64,000 bases of DNA from the NCBI GenBank assembly GCA_965215195.1, contig CBDCDC010000002.1:1920001-1984000 (forward strand), given 5' to 3'. Made by a program: the position numbers and the translations under genes. Source of the DNA: Candidatus Latescibacterota bacterium (GTDB lineage: Bacteria; Latescibacterota; UBA2968; UBA8231). The notes under the pieces were generated by a model that was not told where the DNA came from, did not search any database, and worked only from the letters and a program-made list of their open reading frames with translations. Positions 58,242 to 64,000 of this stretch are shown here, in pieces (within the stretch, counting starts at the first letter, position 1; every line of letters begins with the position of its first letter).

Positions 58242-61200
58242 TCCCCCTTTCCCTTTCGCTGCGCAACTTTCTCAGCTACGGCGAGGAAGTGCCGCCGCTC
58301 GACTTTACCCAGTTCCACGTCGCCTGCCTCACCGGCGGCAACGGCCACGGCAAATCCGCCCTGCTCGACGGGATTACCTACGCCTTGTGGGGCCAAGCCC
58401 GCAAAAGCCGCAGCGACGAAGAACTGTGTCGGATCGGAGCCAGAGAGATGCGGGTTGACTTCGACTTCGCCCTCGGGGAAAAGCACTTCCGCGTCATTCG
58501 CAGTTGGCGCCGCACCAAGCGGGGCGTCCCAGCCCTAGACCTGCAAGTAGAAAGCGACGGCGTCTTCCGCACCCTCAGCGAAGGCGAGGGCATTAGTCCC
58601 ACCCAGCGGCGCATCAACGAGCTCCTATCCATGGACTACGACACCTTCGTCAACTCGGCCTTCATCGTCCAAGGGCGCGCCGACGAGTTCACCCAGAAAA
58701 ACGCCAGGCAGCGCAAGGAGGTCCTCGGGCGAATCCTCGGCCTGGGGCGCTACGACCAGCTCCAAGGTATGGCCCGGGTCCGCTATCAAGACCACCAGCG
58801 CCAGAGCGAGGCCCTGCAAACCCGCCTCGACGCGCTCACGGCCGAATTGGCCAAGCGCGAAGGCTACGAAGCCGAACTGCGCGCCGTCGATGATCACCTC
58901 GCTTTACTCGGCAGCAAAATTAGTAGCCGCGAAAAAGAGCAAACCGAGTTGGAGGCCCAGCGCCTAGAGCTGGTGCAAATCCGCCAGCGCGTCGCCGAGC
59001 TGATGAGGGAGCAGCAGCGCGTTGCCGAGCGGGCGCAGCAGGTCGCCGCCGAACTCGAAAACCTGCGGGAGCAGCAGCGCCAAGACGGCGAAATCCTAGC
59101 GGCCGCCGAATCCATCGAGCGGGACTTTGCGGCCTACAACCAGCTTCGCACTCAAATCGGCCTGATCGACCGGAAAGCTCAGGAACACGGCCAGTTAGAG
59201 GCCCGCCGCCGCCAGCTAGAAGAGCGAATCGCCCGGGCGCGCCAAGAAGTGGAACGACAGCAAGAGCGCTGGACAGCCACTCTCGGCGAGCGACAGCGAC
59301 AACTCGACGAGCACCAAGCCTTGCTCAATCGGGAGCAGACCATCGCCATCCGCTACGCCCAATTCAAAACCCTCAGCGAGCAGGCCCAAGCCTTAGAGCA
59401 GGCGCAGATTCGCTACGAGGATCTGCTCCGCGAGCACCGTCGCCTCAAACACGAACTATCTCTCGCAGAGGAGCGCCGCAAAAGCCAGCGCCAAGCACTA
59501 GCCAAACAATTGGCCCAGTTAGAACGAGCCAGCACCGAGGGGGAAACCCTAGCAGCCCGCATCCACCAGTTGCAAGCGCAACGGACTCAATTGCAGGCCA
59601 AAGCCGAACAACGGGATCGACTCGCGGACGAGGGCCGCGATCTCAATGCCCAGATCGCCGAGCGGCAGCAGAAGCGCCGCGCCGAAGAGGAAGAATTGGC
59701 CAATGAGCGCCAACAGGCTCAGGTCTTGGCCAGTTCCGCGGCCGCCAATTGCCCATTGTGTGGCAGTGCACTCAACGCCGAACACCGCCAGCGGGTCGCG
59801 GCAGAGCTGTCGCAGCGAAAAGACCGCCGCCAAGAGCGCATCGCCGCCTTAGGCAGCGCGCTTGACGCGCTCGACGACCAGTTGCACAAGATGCGCGTGT
59901 GCTACAAGGCCCTCGGCGAGGAGATCGCGCCCCTCCAGCAGGTACACCAAGAACTAGCCGCCGGAGAGGCTCGTCTCGCGCAATTGCGGGAATCAGCCGC
60001 TGAGGCCCAGTCGCTGGCCGAGCAACTAGCCGCCCTCGACCGCGAACTCAGAGCCCAATCATACGCTCATAGCGAACGCGAGCACCTGCACAAGCTAGCC
60101 GGGGAAATCGAGCTATTGGGCTACAGCAGCGCCGAGCACGAGGCGCTGCGCCAAAAGCTCGCCGCGTTGCGCCCGGTCGAGGCCGAGTACACCCGCTTGC
60201 AGGACGCCAAAAGCCAAGCCGATCGGCTCAAAAGCGAGCGGGCCGAAGCCCAGAACCAACTTGAGCGAGCCGACCGCCAGCTCGCCGAGGCCCACTATGC
60301 CCAAGAGGAACGGGAGCAACTCGGCCAAGTCGAACAGCAGATCGCAGCCCTAAGTTACGACGGTGCCGAGCACCAGCGGTTGCGCCAGCAACAGGACGAC
60401 CTGCGCGACAGCGCCAGGCAATTCGAGCGCCTGCGACACGCCCGCGAACGCCGCGCTTCGTCCGGCGCAGCGCGGGTGCGCTACGAGACCGAAGCCTCCA
60501 CTCTAGCGGAACAATTGCAAGCTGCGCAAAAAGAACGGGAAAAGTTGCACGAGCGGGCCGGCGAGTTAGAAGACGTCGATAGGCAGCTCGGCGAAAACCA
60601 AGCTCTCTTGGAAAAGCTGCGGGCCGAAAGAGACCAACGCCTCCAGCACCGGGGCAAACTAGAGGCCCTGTGCGCACGCTGCGCCGAGTTGGCCCAAGAG
60701 CAAGACCAGCTACGCGAAAAGCGCCAAGGCATCCAGCGACAGGCCTGGATATACCAGCAACTCGACAACGCATTCGGCAAGGATGGGATCCAAGCGCTGA
60801 TCATTGAAAACGCCGTGCCGCAGATCGCCGACGAGGCCAACGCCATCCTCGCGCGCCTGACCGACAACCGCATCCAAGTCGCCTTTGAATCGCTGCGCGA
60901 TCTCAAAAAAGGCGGCACCCGCGAAACCCTCGACGTCAAGATCGCCGACGAGGTCGGCGAGCGCTCCTATCACCTCTATTCTGGGGGCGAGGCATTCCGC
61001 ACCAATTTCGCCTTGCGCATCGCGCTCTCCAAGGTGCTGGCCATGCGCTCGGGCACCCGCCTCCACACCCTCTTTATCGACGAGGGCTTCGGCACCCAAG
61101 ACGAGCACGGGCTGGAACAACTCATCGAAGCCATCCAAAAAATCAGCGAGGATTTCAAAAAGGTGTTGATCGTCACCCATCTCGACCAACTCAAAGCGGC

Positions 61201-61273
61201 CTTTCCAGTGCAAATCGAGGTTGCCAAACACCCCGACTTAGGCTCGCGTTTCTCCGTGACGCAGCACGCCTAG
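58238..61273 (+). CDS. sbcC: SbcC/Rad50-family SMC ATPase
   Basis: GGNGHGKS, long coiled coils, CPLCG zinc hook, YSGGE, FIDEGFG, VTH. Confidence 0.95.
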   Translation: MIPLSLSLRNFLSYGEEVPPLDFTQFHVACLTGGNGHGKSALLDGITYALWGQARKSRSDEELCRIGAREMRVDFDFALGEKHFRVIRSWRRTKRGVPALDLQVESDGVFRTLSEGEGISPTQRRINELLSMDYDTFVNSAFIVQGRADEFTQKNARQRKEVLGRILGLGRYDQLQGMARVRYQDHQRQSEALQTRLDALTAELAKREGYEAELRAVDDHLALLGSKISSREKEQTELEAQRLELVQIRQRVAELMREQQRVAERAQQVAAELENLREQQRQDGEILAAAESIERDFAAYNQLRTQIGLIDRKAQEHGQLEARRRQLEERIARARQEVERQQERWTATLGERQRQLDEHQALLNREQTIAIRYAQFKTLSEQAQALEQAQIRYEDLLREHRRLKHELSLAEERRKSQRQALAKQLAQLERASTEGETLAARIHQLQAQRTQLQAKAEQRDRLADEGRDLNAQIAERQQKRRAEEEELANERQQAQVLASSAAANCPLCGSALNAEHRQRVAAELSQRKDRRQERIAALGSALDALDDQLHKMRVCYKALGEEIAPLQQVHQELAAGEARLAQLRESAAEAQSLAEQLAALDRELRAQSYAHSEREHLHKLAGEIELLGYSSAEHEALRQKLAALRPVEAEYTRLQDAKSQADRLKSERAEAQNQLERADRQLAEAHYAQEEREQLGQVEQQIAALSYDGAEHQRLRQQQDDLRDSARQFERLRHARERRASSGAARVRYETEASTLAEQLQAAQKEREKLHERAGELEDVDRQLGENQALLEKLRAERDQRLQHRGKLEALCARCAELAQEQDQLREKRQGIQRQAWIYQQLDNAFGKDGIQALIIENAVPQIADEANAILARLTDNRIQVAFESLRDLKKGGTRETLDVKIADEVGERSYHLYSGGEAFRTNFALRIALSKVLAMRSGTRLHTLFIDEGFGTQDEHGLEQLIEAIQKISEDFKKVLIVTHLDQLKAAFPVQIEVAKHPDLGSRFSVTQHA

Positions 61274-61286
61274 CCTCTTGCTCGTT

Positions 61287-62252
61287 ATGGCCCATTGCGA
61301 CGAATACCACGCCGCCCGCGCCGGCGCGGCCCTACGCGACGCACGAGCCTCGTTTCGCTTGTACATGCGCGGTGCCGACCACCTCGACTTCCTGCACCGC
61401 ATGACCTCCAACGACTTCCGCAACCTGCAAGTAGGGCACGGCCTCGAAGCGGTCTTTATCGAACACCGGGCGCGAATCCTCGACCTCGCCACCTGCTATC
61501 GCGGCCCGGACGCCACGGCCTTGATCCTGAGTCCTGCTTCGCGCTCCGCCCTCCCCCCTTGGTTGGACCGCTTTATCTTTGCCGAGGCCCTCGAGTTGGC
61601 AGACCGCACAGACGAGACGGCCATGTTCGAGCTCGTCGGCCCACACGCCGCCCGGCTAGTCGCCCACGCCTTGGACGCGGATCTGGCAAAACTTCGGGAT
61701 CACCAGCTACTCAACCCACAGGTCGCCGACGGCCTGTGGCTGGCGCGCACGGCCGGGCCGGGGCTGCGCACCTTCGGGCCGCCGGCCGCCGTTGAGGCCC
61801 TTTGGCAGTGCCTCGCCGCCGCAGGTGCTCGTCCAATAGGGGCGGCGACCTGGGAAATTTTGCGCGTCGAACAGGGCCTTCCCCTGCTCGGGTGCGAGCT
61901 GACCCAAAATTACAATCCTTGGGAAGCGGGCCTTGGTCGCGCTATTCATCTAGATAAGGGCTGCTATATCGGCCAAGAAGTCATCGCCCGCCTAGACACC
62001 TACGACAAGATCAAGCAGCACCTAGTCGGGCTGCGGCTTTCCGCGACCGAGCTGCCGCCAACGGGGCAACCGCTGCGCACAGGAGTGCGCCAAGTAGGGC
62101 TCATCACTTCTGCAGTCCACTCCCCCAGCCTCGGCCCGATTGCACTCGCCTATGTGCGGCGGAGCGCCTGCGCCGAGGGCACTGCGCTAGACGCGGGCGG
62201 AGCGCAGGCCACCGTAGTTCCTCTGCCTTTTTTGTCGCATGAGTCCCGCTAG
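61287..62252 (+). CDS. YgfZ/GcvT-like folate-binding protein
   Basis: KGCYIGQEVIAR signature, FLHRMTSND, LRVEQGLP. Confidence 0.88.
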   Translation: MAHCDEYHAARAGAALRDARASFRLYMRGADHLDFLHRMTSNDFRNLQVGHGLEAVFIEHRARILDLATCYRGPDATALILSPASRSALPPWLDRFIFAEALELADRTDETAMFELVGPHAARLVAHALDADLAKLRDHQLLNPQVADGLWLARTAGPGLRTFGPPAAVEALWQCLAAAGARPIGAATWEILRVEQGLPLLGCELTQNYNPWEAGLGRAIHLDKGCYIGQEVIARLDTYDKIKQHLVGLRLSATELPPTGQPLRTGVRQVGLITSAVHSPSLGPIALAYVRRSACAEGTALDAGGAQATVVPLPFLSHESR

Positions 62253-63141
62253 GGCCGGCGGACGCCGCAAGATAGTCCACATTGGGGTCGATAACGGCCC
62301 GCGCCACAATACCCAAGCTCGCGCCGAATTCGCCGCGCTCCTGCGCGAATACACCGATTGGATCGAATGGAGCGACGGCTACGCCATTCTCGACGTCACC
62401 GACAACAAACTCGACATCCCCTTTGGAATGCGCGTCGCCAAGATGATCAAGAGCGATATCAAGCGGCAGCTAGGCTGGAGCGTTTCCGTGGGTTTGGCAC
62501 CCAGCAAGTTCTTGGCGCGGCTGGCCATGGAGCGCCAGCGGCCCGATGGCCTGACGGTCGTGCTGCCCGAACAGATAGGGGATTTTCTCGCCGACGTGCC
62601 CATCGACCAGCTTCCCGGCGTGGGGGCCATTACGCGCCAGCAGCTCGCGGCCATGCAAATAGAGCGCGTCGGCTCGCTGGCCCAAGTGCCACTGAATGAA
62701 CTCGTGCGTCGCTTTGGTCAGCGGGGCAGCAGCTTTTGGCATCTCGCCCAAGGCCGGGACGACGCCCTGGTCGCCCCGGCCGAACAGCTCGACCAAATCC
62801 GCGAGGAAACCTCCTTTGCCGCCCCCCTGTACACCCGCGAAGAAATGCGCGATGCCTTGCGCGAGCTGGCCGCCGCGCTCTGTGGGCGTTTGCAGCGCCG
62901 GGGACTGCAAGCGCACAAGGTGAGCCTAGAGGTGCGCTACCCAGATTTCCGCACTGCGACGCGCACATCGCACTTGGCCGCCTTTACCGACCGCACCCAA
63001 GCTGTCTTCGCGGCCGCCGGCGAACTGTTAGAGCACACAGAAGCCAGCGACTTGGGCGTGCGCTTGCTCGGCATTGGGTTGGGGGGATTTGCCGACGAGG
63101 AGCTCGAGCAGCTCGATCTGTTCGCCGGCGAAAAGCCCTAG
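62239..63141 (+). CDS. DinB (Pol IV)-derived protein lacking the fingers domain and catalytic motifs; C-terminal clamp-binding motif
   Basis: SVGLAPSKFLA...PDGL, LPGVG (HhH), little-finger LEVRYPDFRTATR, VRLLGI, terminal QLDLF; N-terminus shortened. Confidence 0.85.
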   Translation: MSPARAGGRRKIVHIGVDNGPRHNTQARAEFAALLREYTDWIEWSDGYAILDVTDNKLDIPFGMRVAKMIKSDIKRQLGWSVSVGLAPSKFLARLAMERQRPDGLTVVLPEQIGDFLADVPIDQLPGVGAITRQQLAAMQIERVGSLAQVPLNELVRRFGQRGSSFWHLAQGRDDALVAPAEQLDQIREETSFAAPLYTREEMRDALRELAAALCGRLQRRGLQAHKVSLEVRYPDFRTATRTSHLAAFTDRTQAVFAAAGELLEHTEASDLGVRLLGIGLGGFADEELEQLDLFAGEKP

Positions 63142-64000
63142 GCCACAGCTCGCGGCAATACTGAATCGCCATATGGCAGCGCCCAGATCCGGGCCTCGGG
63201 GCCGACCACCTCGTGCGCGGCCGCCACGGCTTGGCCTAGGTCGTCAAAGGGCACTAAGCCGACGCGGCCGAGGGCCTCGGCCGGCAGCGACGAGACCAAA
63301 TGCACGCGGGCCTTTTTCAGCACCGCGGCAATGGCGGCGGCCTTGTGCCCGCCCAAGACGAATTCCCGCTCTATGCGCGCGAGAATCCCGTCGGCCGAAT
63401 CCGCCTCCTGCAACCAAGAAGCAAACGCGTCCCCGCCCAGTCCCTCGCGGCATTCGGCCACCCAGACGATGACGCCTCCTTCGCGCACCGCGTGTACGGC
63501 GTTGTCGAGGGCCTTTTGCGCTTGGTACATATTGACGTCCAGCGGATAGCCGCCCGCGCTGACGAGCACGATATCAGCGCAGCGCGCAATGGGCACGGCC
63601 CCGCGCTCAACCACCCGCTCGCATCCTTTGCGGTGGGCCTCTCGCACGTGCCCGGCAAAGGCGGCGACCATGCGGTGGCGATCATCCACAAGCGCATTGA
63701 GGATGAAGTCGATCCCCAGCATGGCCGCCCCTTCTTCCAAATCTTCGCGCACCGGATTGCCCACAAGCCGCCCGGTCTCCGCGCCGGGGCGGGTCATTAG
63801 GCCGTGGTTGGCCGCTATCGTAGCCGCGGAAGCGCACCCGGGCAGCACCGCCTTGGCCCCGCCCGAAAAGCCTGCGAAGTAGTGGAACTCCAAGTTGCCC
63901 AAGCAAATCCGCACATCGGCCTCCACCAAGGGGCGGAACAGCTCGACCGGTGTGCCCCGCGCCGTGACCCCCAACCGCACCACATCTTCTACATCGTGGT
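63138..64000 (-). CDS. larA: Nickel-dependent lactate racemase family protein (LarA), C-terminal part; runs off the window end
   Basis: GVTARGTPV, HYFAGFSGGAKAVLPG, GNPVRED, GGYPLDVNMYQAQKAL, AECREG. Confidence 0.9.
   Translation of the reverse strand, partial: HDVEDVVRLGVTARGTPVELFRPLVEADVRICLGNLEFHYFAGFSGGAKAVLPGCASAATIAANHGLMTRPGAETGRLVGNPVREDLEEGAAMLGIDFILNALVDDRHRMVAAFAGHVREAHRKGCERVVERGAVPIARCADIVLVSAGGYPLDVNMYQAQKALDNAVHAVREGGVIVWVAECREGLGGDAFASWLQEADSADGILARIEREFVLGGHKAAAIAAVLKKARVHLVSSLPAEALGRVGLVPFDDLGQAVAAAHEVVGPEARIWALPYGDSVLPRAVA

Overview
A GC-rich bacterial chromosomal window. An FCB-superphylum lineage such as Candidatus Latescibacterota is plausible from gene content, but this is unverified inference. 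Left end (1-3550): a decaying defence island with the 5' end of a type III restriction Res gene, a RadC/JAB gene with a damaged 5' end, an intact AlbA_2/HATPase/HTH gene and a short hicBA pair. Between res and radC, three consecutive genes (UvrD-like helicase, a paralogue of the AlbA gene, type III Mod) appear collapsed to start+end stubs. 3558-5606: mannose-6-phosphate isomerase and a Gfo/Idh/MocA oxidoreductase. 5650-20161: a tightly coupled moxR-DUF58-batABCDE operon with a GldA/GldF/double-GldG/DUF4340 ABC module inserted. 20271-27418: TPR lipoprotein, FmdB-type zinc ribbon, LpoA/LppC-like protein, zinc-finger-less ClpX-like ATPase, sigma-54 activator with a degenerate receiver, and rlmD. 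27494-56128: the transcription/translation superoperon (three tRNAs, rpmG, secE, nusG, rplKAJL, rpoBC, str, S10, spc, alpha). It lacks rplC, and its RpoB is substituted at the rifampicin-resistance positions D516 and S522. 56283-64000: greA with a candidate leader terminator, sbcD-sbcC-ygfZ, a fingerless and apparently catalytically dead DinB-like protein with a clamp-binding tail, and a partial larA. CCWGG appears depleted in favour of CCAAG/CTTGG/CTAG. All family calls come from motif recognition by eye; no searches were run.
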